From Rickettsiales bacterium (lineage in GTDB: Bacteria; Pseudomonadota; Alphaproteobacteria; Rickettsiales; UBA6187): 64,000 nt of DNA. Of this stretch, positions 1 to 8,491 are shown piece after piece (the first letter of the stretch is position 1; the number at the start of each line of letters is the position of its first letter). The stretch lies in contig JBEVNR010000057.1 of the NCBI GenBank assembly GCA_040507985.1, positions 14,128-78,127 of the forward strand. The letters run 5' to 3'. The notes under the pieces were generated by a model. It was given only the letters and a program-made list of their open reading frames with translations, was not told the DNA's origin and searched no databases. Made by a program: the position numbers and the translations under genes.

Positions 1-97
1 ATTAGGCTAATTTCCGCGCTTTTCATCAATATTTCATTATTATTGATATAATAATATTTATGGTGGAATAAGAGTAATTGGAACGATACGCGGAGAT

Positions 98-796
98 ATG
101 CGAACGCTTGACGACAACAACGCGAAGGGCGCGCGCGCGAATCGCAAGGAACGCCGGAACAAAAACTACGGCGGGGGATGGAATACGCTGGACGCATTTT
201 ATTTATGGGTCATTCGTCGGTTGCTTTCGCTGTTTTATCGCGTGGAACATAAGGCATTTCACCATATCCCCGAGCGCGGCCCCTGCCTTATCGTGGCCAA
301 CCACGTATCGTATCTCGACGGCGTATTCATTCAGGCGGCGTGCCGACGCCCGATACGGTTCGTGATCGACTACCACATTTACCATTCGCCCTTCGTGCGG
401 CATTTTATGAAGCTGCACCGCGCTATTCCCATTTTACCCAAACGCAACAACGTCAGGCAGGCGCTGGACGAAATTTCCCGCGCGCTTCGGCGCGGCGAGG
501 CGGTGATGATTTTTCCCGAGGGGCGCATCACCTATACCGGCGCGCTGGGGCGTTTTAAGCCGGGCATGGAGTGGATCGTCGACCGCGACCCGGTGCCGGT
601 GTATCCCGTCGCCATACGCGGATTGTGGGACTCGATGTTCAGCCGAAAATACCTGCGTTCCCGCCGCCGCATGTTGCCGCGCTTCTTTCGCTTGAAGGTG
701 GAGCTGGAATGCGGCGCCCGGATAGAGGCCGCCCGCGCGGACGCGCCGTCGCTGCAATCGACCATGATAAAGCTGCTTAAGGCCGGACGCGACTAA
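98..796 (+). CDS. Lysophospholipid (1-acyl-sn-glycerol-3-phosphate) acyltransferase family protein, PlsC-like
   Basis: 232-aa ORF. The translation contains acyltransferase motif I NHVSYLDG (HX4D) and motif III FPEGRIT. An AT-rich leader (1-97) lies upstream. Confidence 0.8.
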   Translation: MRTLDDNNAKGARANRKERRNKNYGGGWNTLDAFYLWVIRRLLSLFYRVEHKAFHHIPERGPCLIVANHVSYLDGVFIQAACRRPIRFVIDYHIYHSPFVRHFMKLHRAIPILPKRNNVRQALDEISRALRRGEAVMIFPEGRITYTGALGRFKPGMEWIVDRDPVPVYPVAIRGLWDSMFSRKYLRSRRRMLPRFFRLKVELECGARIEAARADAPSLQSTMIKLLKAGRD

Positions 797-954
797 GAGC
801 CTGTTCATTTCGTCCTTTTTACGGACGGCGCGTGACAGCGTCTCCCAAAATTTTTTATCTTTTATTTTTTAAAAAGGTTTTCGCCGGCCTGCCGCGATAG
901 GTTTGTTATAGGATAAGGAATCACGTCAAAGCAAATACGTCGAAAACGTAAGGC

Positions 955-1347
955 TTATTGGCGCTCAAAATAAAGGAAAACAAGTTTTCCTTTATCATCA
1001 AGCGTTATGCTATAGGCGGCATTATTCTTCGAATTCGTAGGAAAAAAGAGCGGACTGGATCCGATATTAATGCGAACCCCTGCCTTTATGTCGCTATGAA
1101 AGCAGTTGTCTCGAATAAAATGTATAGGGTTTTCTTCTTTTTCTGCCAGTTCTCTGAGGCTTTCGCGAGCGAATTCTGATTGCTCGGGGCTTATATTGCT
1201 CTTGTCGAAGCCCGGATATTTCTGCTCAAGCTCTCTAAGCAGCTGTAATTTAAATTCTTCTTTAGCAGCTTTAGTAACGGCCAGTCGTTCCACTTTCCGT
1301 CGGTTTCTATCTAAAAAAGAGCCGGTTGACGCAGACGCCATCGCCAC
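955..1347 (-). CDS. Hypothetical protein (ORFan, AT-rich)
   Basis: 130-aa ORF in an AT-rich stretch between plsC-like and pyrH. No motif recognised. A competing antisense ORF makes less sense. Confidence 0.35.
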   Translation of the reverse strand: MAMASASTGSFLDRNRRKVERLAVTKAAKEEFKLQLLRELEQKYPGFDKSNISPEQSEFARESLRELAEKEENPIHFIRDNCFHSDIKAGVRINIGSSPLFFPTNSKNNAAYSITLDDKGKLVFLYFERQ

Positions 1348-1528
1348 TAAATAGTTAGCAATATCGCAATAAAACGATGTGGCGGCAAAAAATGCTCGTA
1401 GAATCGGAAGGGATAATCACAAATAAAAGAACTTCCGCAAAGAATCAATTTCTTTCAATAAAAGTTGCATTCCGACGCGCTGAAATGTATTACCTTACGT
1501 TAAATGACATAAGGAATGACGGCAGGGC

Positions 1529-2269
1529 ATGGCGGCGTTATATAATAGGGTATTGCTGAAAATTTCCGGCGAATCGTTGATGGGGCAGAAAGCCTTCGGC
1601 CATGATTCCGAGTTCGTCCGCAGCTTGTGCCGCGACATAAAGGAAGTATATGACGGCGGAACGGAGATATGCCTCGTGGTGGGGGGCGGAAACATCTATC
1701 GCGGCGCCTCCGCCGCCGAGTTCGGCATGGAGCGCGCCGGCGCCGACTATGTCGGCATGCTCGCCACCGTCATTAACGCGCTCATCCTGCAAAACGTGCT
1801 GGACGGCATGGAAGTGCCTTCGCGCGTGCTGTCCGCCATTCCCATGACCACGGTGTCCGAGCCGTACATCCGCCGCCGCGCTCTGCGCCATTTAGAAAAA
1901 AAGCGCGTGGTCATTTTTGCCGCCGGCACCGGCAATCCGTTTTTCACCACCGACACCGCCGCCACGCTCCGCGCCGCCGAAATGAATTGCGACGTCATCA
2001 TGAAAGGCACGAAAGTCGACGGCGTGTATTCCGCCGATCCCGCCCGCCATCCCGATGCGGTGAGGTACGACGCCCTTACCTATAAAGAGGCGCTGTATCG
2101 CGATTTGGGCGTGATGGACAGCTCCGCCATAGCGCTTGCAAAAGATAACGGCATACCTATACTGGTTTTTTCCATTCACTCGTCCGGAGCGTTTAAAAGA
2201 GCGCTCTCCGGGGAAGGCGCGTTTACCCTCGTGAGCAATAGCGCGAGTTCGCCGGAAACAAAAAAATAA
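1529..2269 (+). CDS. pyrH: UMP kinase
   Basis: 246 aa. The N-terminal [10 protein letters not shown] and [10 protein letters not shown] motifs are typical of PyrH. It sits immediately upstream of frr, the classical synteny. Confidence 0.95.
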   Translation: MAALYNRVLLKISGESLMGQKAFGHDSEFVRSLCRDIKEVYDGGTEICLVVGGGNIYRGASAAEFGMERAGADYVGMLATVINALILQNVLDGMEVPSRVLSAIPMTTVSEPYIRRRALRHLEKKRVVIFAAGTGNPFFTTDTAATLRAAEMNCDVIMKGTKVDGVYSADPARHPDAVRYDALTYKEALYRDLGVMDSSAIALAKDNGIPILVFSIHSSGAFKRALSGEGAFTLVSNSASSPETKK

Positions 2270-2279
2270 AGGAGGCTTT

Positions 2280-2837
2280 ATGGGCGCCGACGCCGTGATG
2301 AAAGACGCCGAACAACGCATGCAAGGGGCCGTCGCCGCGTGTCACCGCGACCTGCAAGGGATTCGCACCATGCGGGCGAATCCGTCATTGCTGGAAAACA
2401 TCGCGGTCGAAGTCTACGGCACCCGCATGCCGATCAACCAGGTGGCGACCGTGACCGCTCCCGAGCCGCGCATGCTGCTGGTGCAGGTGTGGGACGCGAA
2501 AAACGCCCCCGCCGTCAATAAGGCCATCGGCAATTCGTCGCTTGGGCTTAGCCCCATCGCCGAGGCGACCGTCATTCGCGTTCCCTTGCCGGAAATGACC
2601 GAGCAACGCCGCCGCGAACTGGCGAAAGTCGCGATGCAATACGCGGAAAAAGGACGCGTGGCGGTGCGCAACGTCCGCCGCGACGTCTTAGACTCGCTGA
2701 AAAAGTTAGAGAAGTCCGGAGATATTTCGGAAGACGAATTGCGCGACTATTCCGACCAAGTGCAAAAAAAGACCGACGCCGGCGTCAGCGACATCGACGC
2801 GCTCGCGAAAAAGAAAGAAGCCGACATTTTACAATAA
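2280..2837 (+). CDS. frr: Ribosome recycling factor
   Basis: 185 aa of typical length and sequence (..VEVYGTRMPINQVATV.., ..IRVPLPEMTEQRRRELAK..). An AAGGAGG Shine-Dalgarno lies just upstream. Confidence 0.95.
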   Translation: MGADAVMKDAEQRMQGAVAACHRDLQGIRTMRANPSLLENIAVEVYGTRMPINQVATVTAPEPRMLLVQVWDAKNAPAVNKAIGNSSLGLSPIAEATVIRVPLPEMTEQRRRELAKVAMQYAEKGRVAVRNVRRDVLDSLKKLEKSGDISEDELRDYSDQVQKKTDAGVSDIDALAKKKEADILQ

Positions 2838-2843
2838 ATTCCC

Positions 2844-3662
2844 ATGGCCGACGCACGCCCCGCTTTGCCGCCTTTGCCGGAATTGCTCGCTTTCGTCCAC
2901 CGCTTATGCGACGTGAGCGCGCGCATCGTCCGCAAGGCGCAAAGTGGCAACGTAAGCGTGACGCATAAGGACGACGCCACCCCCGTGACGGAAACCGATA
3001 CGCGGATCGAACATGCGTTGCGCAAGGAAATCGCCAAAAATTTTCCCGATCACGGCATTGTCGGAGAGGAATATGGCTCTACGGAGGGAAACTCTCCCTA
3101 TGCGTGGATCATCGACCCGATAGACGGCACGCTTTCTTTTATCACGGGAAGGCCGAATTACGGCACCCTCATTTGTTTTTCGGCTTACGGAACCCCACAT
3201 GTCGGGGCGCTTAACCAACCCGACCTCAAGCGGCGATGGGTAGGGGTGACGGGAGGAGAAGCCGTGTGCAACGGTTCCCTCTTGCGCACGTCAAGCGTGA
3301 AGGACGTCGATAAGGCGATTATTGCCACCACGTCGCCCGATTATTTTTCGCCGGAAGAATTTGCGGCGTTCTCGCGGGTGCGCTCCGAAACCAAATATGC
3401 CGTCTACGGCGGGAATTGCCTTGATTACGCCATGCTCGCCCAGGGAAAAATCGATCTGGTCGTCGAGGCGGGACTCAAGCCATACGACGTCGCCGCGCTC
3501 ATGCCCATCGTCAGCGCCGCCGGCGGCACGATCACCGACTGGAGCGGGCGCGGAATTAATCTTTCCGACACGCGCATCAACGTTATCGCTGCCGCGAACC
3601 ACGTATTGCACGAAAAGGCGATGATGGCGCTTCAGGATAAAGCGACGAAGGCTTCCCTATGA
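2844..3662 (+). CDS. Inositol monophosphatase family protein (SuhB/HisN-like phosphatase)
   Basis: 272 aa. IMPase signature WIIDPIDGT and the downstream metal-binding region are present. It starts 6 nt after frr. Confidence 0.85.
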   Translation: MADARPALPPLPELLAFVHRLCDVSARIVRKAQSGNVSVTHKDDATPVTETDTRIEHALRKEIAKNFPDHGIVGEEYGSTEGNSPYAWIIDPIDGTLSFITGRPNYGTLICFSAYGTPHVGALNQPDLKRRWVGVTGGEAVCNGSLLRTSSVKDVDKAIIATTSPDYFSPEEFAAFSRVRSETKYAVYGGNCLDYAMLAQGKIDLVVEAGLKPYDVAALMPIVSAAGGTITDWSGRGINLSDTRINVIAAANHVLHEKAMMALQDKATKASL

Positions 3663-4285
3663 CAGGAATTTTTCCCGCCGTCGCGTGGATGAGCGTATAC
3701 GCAAGCGTTTTTTTGTGGTCGGGATTTTCTCCCGTCGATAGGGCGACGTGGATCATGGAAGTCGCGCCGGCCATCGTCGCGGCGGCGGCAATGGCGCTGA
3801 CCTATAAAACATTTCGCCTCACTCCCCTGCTCTATTGGCTTATTCTCGCACATTGCGTCGTGTTGATGGTCGGCGGCAAATATACTTACGCGCACGTGCC
3901 CTTGTTCGACGACATAAAAGACGCGCTGGGCGGGGAGCGCAACAATTACGACAAGGTCGGGCATTTCATGCAGGGCTGCGTTCCCGTGTTGGTCGCGCGC
4001 GAGATTATCCTGCGCAAACGCGTCGTCTCCGGAAAATATTGGGCGGGATTTTTTTCGGCGTCGTTTTGCCTCGCCTTCAGCGCGCTGTACGAAATGATCG
4101 AATGGGGAGCGGCAGTCGCCCTCGGAAAGGGCGCCGACGCGTTTTTAGGCACGCAAGGCTATGCGTGGGACACGCAATCGGACATGGCCTTCGCCCTTAT
4201 CGGCGCCGTTTTCGGATTGCTCGCCTTTTCCCGCCTGCACGACGCGCAAATCACAAAACAGGGAACCGGCGCCGCGCCTATCTGA
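3659..4285 (+). CDS. DUF2238/YjdF-like inner membrane protein
   Basis: 208 aa with multiple hydrophobic helices. RNNYDKVGHF and WDTQSDM motifs resemble the YjdF family. There is an ATGA start/stop overlap with the upstream gene. Confidence 0.7.
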   Translation: MTGIFPAVAWMSVYASVFLWSGFSPVDRATWIMEVAPAIVAAAAMALTYKTFRLTPLLYWLILAHCVVLMVGGKYTYAHVPLFDDIKDALGGERNNYDKVGHFMQGCVPVLVAREIILRKRVVSGKYWAGFFSASFCLAFSALYEMIEWGAAVALGKGADAFLGTQGYAWDTQSDMAFALIGAVFGLLAFSRLHDAQITKQGTGAAPI

Positions 4286-5402
4286 TTCTAAAGAAATATT
4301 TTTTCCAACTGTCGCACATAGCGTTGACGTCCGACTCTCTGACGCCGGAACCCAAGCTAACGCGAACGGCGAAGGGCGCCAAGTCTTTCCGCATGGAGGA
4401 GAGCGCCGCTCCGGGCGTCGCCGTTCCGGAGGAGCATGCCGACCCGTTGCTGACGGCGAACCCGTCCAAATCGAAATGCGCCAATTGCGTGTCGCTTGCG
4501 GCGCCGCGCGTGGCGAAACAGCTTGTATTCGGCAGGCGGGGAGTTTTTTCGGCAAAAACATAGACGGAATCGCCGCCTATTTCCTTTATGTGCCGCTCCA
4601 TGGCGTCGCGCAAGGGCGCGCAGGCGAAAAATTCGGCGCGCACCTCGTCAATTCTTTCCGCCATATGGCCGAAAACCGCGACCGCCGGAACGTTTTCGGT
4701 GCCGGAGCGAGCGCGAAACTCTTGTCCGCCCCCGGCGACAAGCGGCGCCGGCGTCATGCCCGCCGGATAGACCAACGCCCCCGCGCCCGGCAATCCCCCG
4801 ATTTTATGGGCGGAGAGCGTCGCCATGTCGGCTCCGCATTCCTTCATTGAAAACGCTATTTTTCCATAGGCTTGCGACGCGTCGGTATGGAAAAACGCCC
4901 CATGTTTCTTCGCGATCTCCGCTAACGGAGGCACGTCGCAGACGGCGCCGGTTTCGTTGTTCGCCGCCATAACGGAAACGAGCGTCGCGCCTTCGGCTTG
5001 CCTGAGCGCCTCCTCCAGCGCCTCGAGGGAGATGCGCCCTTGTTCGTCCGAGGGGAGGACGAGCACGCGTTTCGCTCCGCATTCCGCCGCCGCCCGAACG
5101 GAGGGATGTTCCGTCGCGCCGACGACGATCGTCTCCCAACCAAAGCAGCGCATCGCCATGTTGTTTGCTTCCGTGCCGCCGGAGGTAAAAACGACGCGAT
5201 GCGCCGGCGTCGCGCCTATCGACGCCGCAAGCGCTCGACGGGATTTTTCCAATCTTCCTTTCGCAATTCGCCCAAAGGAGTGCAGCGACGACGCGTTATG
5301 CGGACCGAAGGGAAGAATCTCGCTTTCCAAAAAACGCCTCGCCTCCGGATGGAGCGGGGCGCCGGCGTTATAGTCCATATAGACGGGCGCGCGCCTAGCC
5401 AT
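4278..5402 (-). CDS. Cysteine desulfurase (class V aminotransferase, NifS/IscS-like)
   Basis: Contains the PLP-lysine motif SAHKIGG and the active-site region SNGSACSSG. I chose ATG 5402 (MARRAPVYMDYNAGAPL) rather than the track start at 5516. The 38-aa extension is Arg/Pro-rich and would run 122 nt into galU. Confidence 0.85.
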   Translation of the reverse strand: MARRAPVYMDYNAGAPLHPEARRFLESEILPFGPHNASSLHSFGRIAKGRLEKSRRALAASIGATPAHRVVFTSGGTEANNMAMRCFGWETIVVGATEHPSVRAAAECGAKRVLVLPSDEQGRISLEALEEALRQAEGATLVSVMAANNETGAVCDVPPLAEIAKKHGAFFHTDASQAYGKIAFSMKECGADMATLSAHKIGGLPGAGALVYPAGMTPAPLVAGGGQEFRARSGTENVPAVAVFGHMAERIDEVRAEFFACAPLRDAMERHIKEIGGDSVYVFAEKTPRLPNTSCFATRGAASDTQLAHFDLDGFAVSNGSACSSGTATPGAALSSMRKDLAPFAVRVSLGSGVRESDVNAMCDSWKKYFFRIR

Positions 5403-6291
5403 ACAGCCGCGCGTAATATTTTTTGACGATCTCGGCGGTGGAGTCGCGCGTCTCCGGCCTCTCCAAGGCATACGCAACGTTCGCCTCCAGAAAACCGCGC
5501 CTGCTGCCGCAATCAAAGCGCCTTCCCTCGAAGCGAAATCCGTAAAATGGGCAGTCGTTCACCATGTCTTGCAGCGAGTCGGTTAATTGTATTTCCCCCC
5601 CCTTCCCTTCCTTCAATTGATTGAGGTAGGAAAAAATTTTTGGCTGCAAAATATAGCGCCCCGTAATCGCCAGCCGGGACGGCGCCTCTTCCGGACGCGG
5701 TTTTTCCACCATCGCCGCAATCGGAACCAAGCGCGGCGAGTCGGTTATTTCCCCTTGCTTAGGGGTGATGATGCCGTACGAGGACGTTTCCTCCGGCCGC
5801 ACTTCGTCGATGGCGATGACGCATGCGTCCGGATGCACCTCAAAGGCGTCCGCCATTTGCTTAAGCGCGCCCGGAGAATGCAGGAACATCTCGTCCGGCA
5901 ACAGCAACGCGAACGGTTCGTCGCCGATAAGGTGGCGGGCGCACCAGACCGCATGCCCAAGCCCTTTGGGATCGTGCTGCGGCACGTAAGCGACCGCCGC
6001 TTTGTCGGGAATGGAGGCATAGACGTGTTTTAACCCTTCGTGCTTGTTCAAGCGCTTCAGGTTGGCCTGCAATTCCACCGCGTGGTCGAAATGGTTGTTG
6101 ATCGCTTCCTTATGGCGGCCGGTGATGAACACGCACTCTTCTATGCCGGCTTCCACCGCCTCTTCATAGGCATATTGGACGATAGGTTTCGACGCGACGG
6201 GCAGCATTTCCTTAGGAACGGATTTCGTCGCCGGCAAAAACCTTGTGCCAAGCCCTCCGACGGGAATGACGGCTTTACGTAAGCGGCCCAT
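5395..6291 (-). CDS. galU: UTP--glucose-1-phosphate uridylyltransferase
   Basis: 298 aa. The N-terminal KAVIPVGGLGTRFLPATKSVPKEMLPV is the GalU signature. Confidence 0.92.
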   Translation of the reverse strand: MGRLRKAVIPVGGLGTRFLPATKSVPKEMLPVASKPIVQYAYEEAVEAGIEECVFITGRHKEAINNHFDHAVELQANLKRLNKHEGLKHVYASIPDKAAVAYVPQHDPKGLGHAVWCARHLIGDEPFALLLPDEMFLHSPGALKQMADAFEVHPDACVIAIDEVRPEETSSYGIITPKQGEITDSPRLVPIAAMVEKPRPEEAPSRLAITGRYILQPKIFSYLNQLKEGKGGEIQLTDSLQDMVNDCPFYGFRFEGRRFDCGSRRGFLEANVAYALERPETRDSTAEIVKKYYARLYG

Positions 6292-6323
6292 ACTATGCTT
6301 CCGTCCCTTTCGCTTACGTTACG

Positions 6324-6998
6324 CTACGCGCCGTATCGCGCGCCGGAGGCGTCGCCGCCCGGAATGGCGCGAAGGTGGCAACGCTCTTCATGGACGCAAG
6401 ACATGGCGCCGCCGGCGTCTTTTCTTACCGTGACGACCGACGCCACGCCCTCGGCTGCGCGCTTAAAATACACGAGGCGTCCGCCTTCCGCCAATTGCGG
6501 CACGACGGCGTCCGGGACGGCGTCGTATAGGCGGGTGCTATTGCAGAATATCACGTTATACGGGGCGCCGGAGGGATGGCCGCTCATGTAATCGGCGCCG
6601 TTTAAGATAAAGGCGTTACGCAACCCTAAATCGTAGAATCGTTGGTTGATGGAGGAACTATACGCCGATTCGCTCTCCAGTACGATCACCGACGCGGCAA
6701 GACGGGCAGCCATGGCGGCTTCGCATCCAAACCCTCCCCCCAAAAACAACATGGCGTCCGTAGGAAGCACGTGAAGCCGCTGCAATATTTTCGCAAAGGC
6801 CACGGGCGGCATGACAAATCCTCCCCCCACATAAGGCACAGCTTCGTCGGCGTAGGAAAGCGCGATCAGACGGCGAGGAAAGAACAAATGGCGCGGCGTC
6901 TTTTTAAACGCGTCAAGCACACGCAGGTCAACCACGCCTTCCGGCAATAATTGGCCGTGAATGGCGTTGATTTGCGCTTTTTCAAAAAATCCCTGCAT
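6324..6998 (-). CDS. Protein-L-isoaspartate O-methyltransferase family protein (divergent)
   Basis: 224 aa. The N-terminus (..VVDLRVLDAFKKTPRHLFFP..) is typical of Pcm-family proteins. The SAM-binding glycine motif is degenerate (LFLGGGFGCEA). Confidence 0.7.
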   Translation of the reverse strand: MQGFFEKAQINAIHGQLLPEGVVDLRVLDAFKKTPRHLFFPRRLIALSYADEAVPYVGGGFVMPPVAFAKILQRLHVLPTDAMLFLGGGFGCEAAMAARLAASVIVLESESAYSSSINQRFYDLGLRNAFILNGADYMSGHPSGAPYNVIFCNSTRLYDAVPDAVVPQLAEGGRLVYFKRAAEGVASVVTVRKDAGGAMSCVHEERCHLRAIPGGDASGARYGA

Positions 6999-7017
6999 GA
7001 CGGCAACCGATTGCGGC

Positions 7018-7194
7018 CTACGCTGTCGGGCTGGGAAGTTTTTTCTCGTTAAACACGACGTGGCGACGCAGTATCGGATCGTATTTACGGAACGACAGTT
7101 TTCTTGTAATTTTTTTTGGGTTTTTATAAATGACTTTATAATACTCCGACTCGCTGCTTTTCAGCATAACTTTTACGACGTTTTTTTTCGCCAT
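7018..7194 (-). CDS. rpmG: 50S ribosomal protein L33
   Basis: Not in the ORF track because it is under 60 aa. My hand translation of the minus strand gives MAKKNVVKVMLKSSESEYYKVIYKNPKKITRKLSFRKYDPILRRHVVFNEKKLPSPTA*. The ..KL.FRKYDP..RRHV.F.E.K core matches L33. Confidence 0.85.
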   Translation of the reverse strand: MAKKNVVKVMLKSSESEYYKVIYKNPKKITRKLSFRKYDPILRRHVVFNEKKLPSPTA

Positions 7195-7423
7195 GACGTA
7201 ATCTCGTGGTGTTGTGTTCGGCCTTTTTCAGCGCGGCCTTTCGCGCAAGAAACCAGCATTACTTATTAAACGACCCGAGGAGTTTGGTCAAGCCAAGTTT
7301 TAGCTTGCTTGCGCACGATCAAAAACTATTTGCCGATACCCGGAACAGTGGCTATAATGACTTTCAACTTCCTTCCTCTATTGATCGCCCGTCGCCGTCA
7401 TCCCACTTAACCACCTTTCTCGC

Positions 7424-8317
7424 TTGCCAAGCGCGTTGCCTTACGTCATGCCGACGTCTATCGCCTCCGTAGAAAAGGAGAAAATATGCCACAGATGCAT
7501 TCACTCTCTTTCCCTCATAATGACTATTGTGGCCACTCTGGTTGCCGCATTTGGAATTGAATCCTACTACGTAATACAACACCAAAACAAAAGCGGAGGG
7601 ATGCCCCTTGACAAGTCTATTCCCTTGTTTTGGCTCATTCTTATTGTTGGCTCCGCTATTTATGATGTAATTTACGCATTCAACTCCTATTATTCTCTTG
7701 TATATCACGCAAAACCATATACAAAAAAATCTACCGACCACCCCGAAAACTCTCGCCTCGAAGAATCCGGTAAACCGGAAGAAAAAAATACCGCACAGAC
7801 GCAAAACAAAGTGACTTACCAAGACCTTGCCGATTTTGCTATGACGCAATATTATTGGAAGAATTTTCCACAGCCTTTCACTTATCGTTTACGCTTTGTT
7901 TTATATGCCGTCCTTTGCCTTTTCGCCATGTGTTGTAATTCGTTCCGTTTTATGGCATGGCGAAACGCAATGATCTTGGACGGAAAAGCAATACCGCTTC
8001 ATCCAGATTGGTTTTTAGGATTCGGATGGACCATGACGTACATAACCATGTGTCGGGTTATTGGCGCTATACGCAGCTTTCCGAAATTTGCAACGGACAT
8101 AAAGAACATTTCTGATGATGTTAGCGTACCGATTGATGAAAAACATCACAAAATGCTTAAGGAATCTTTTAAAAACCTAAGGCTATATGGAATCTTTTTA
8201 TGTTTGGCGTTGCCTGGATTCATTATATCAAGCCTCCCGCTAGCAGCGGAACTTATTGAAGCAATCGTTTGCTGGACCACCATATGCTTCGCTATCGCCG
8301 TCATCAAGATATTCTAA
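7424..8317 (+). CDS. Hypothetical multi-pass membrane protein (AT-rich ORFan)
   Basis: 297-aa ORF with several hydrophobic segments. Hand-counted lines give about 37-45% G+C. The true start may be internal (e.g. MTIVATL at 7519). It converges on the 3' end of the giant gene. Confidence 0.45.
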   Translation: MPSALPYVMPTSIASVEKEKICHRCIHSLSLIMTIVATLVAAFGIESYYVIQHQNKSGGMPLDKSIPLFWLILIVGSAIYDVIYAFNSYYSLVYHAKPYTKKSTDHPENSRLEESGKPEEKNTAQTQNKVTYQDLADFAMTQYYWKNFPQPFTYRLRFVLYAVLCLFAMCCNSFRFMAWRNAMILDGKAIPLHPDWFLGFGWTMTYITMCRVIGAIRSFPKFATDIKNISDDVSVPIDEKHHKMLKESFKNLRLYGIFLCLALPGFIISSLPLAAELIEAIVCWTTICFAIAVIKIF

Positions 8318-8491
8318 CTGTGATTGTATGACGCAATACATCGCTAAGGGTGCGCAAGGTAAGTCTTTTTCGATCATCTCCGCTTTTTTCCTTGCTTTGT
8401 CTTCCCTAGGCGCAGGTCGCCGTTTCCTTGATCTCCCGGATTCCGTCCTTACCTCGGCGTTAGGAGTGCTTTTTTAAAAAAATAAAAATAT

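Noticed and set aside
5403-5516. A 38-aa N-terminal extension of the cysteine desulfurase ORF, as given in the track.
   Set aside because: The extension is Arg/Pro/Trp-rich, overlaps the galU coding region, and precedes a well-placed ATG (5402). From that ATG the sequence aligns with the usual ..VY.DYNA..P N-terminus of class V aminotransferases.
6961-7269. A 102-aa plus-strand ORF between the pcm-like gene and the AT-rich island.
   Set aside because: The opposite strand encodes a convincing L33 (rpmG, 7018..7194). The plus-strand translation has no recognisable features.
8318-8491. A rho-independent terminator for the giant gene and/or the convergent membrane ORF, at the T6/A7 tract near 8468-8490.
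   Set aside because: The tract GCTTTTTTAAAAAAATAAAAAT is not preceded by a convincing GC-rich stem on either strand (only 3-4 bp pairings). It is therefore not called.
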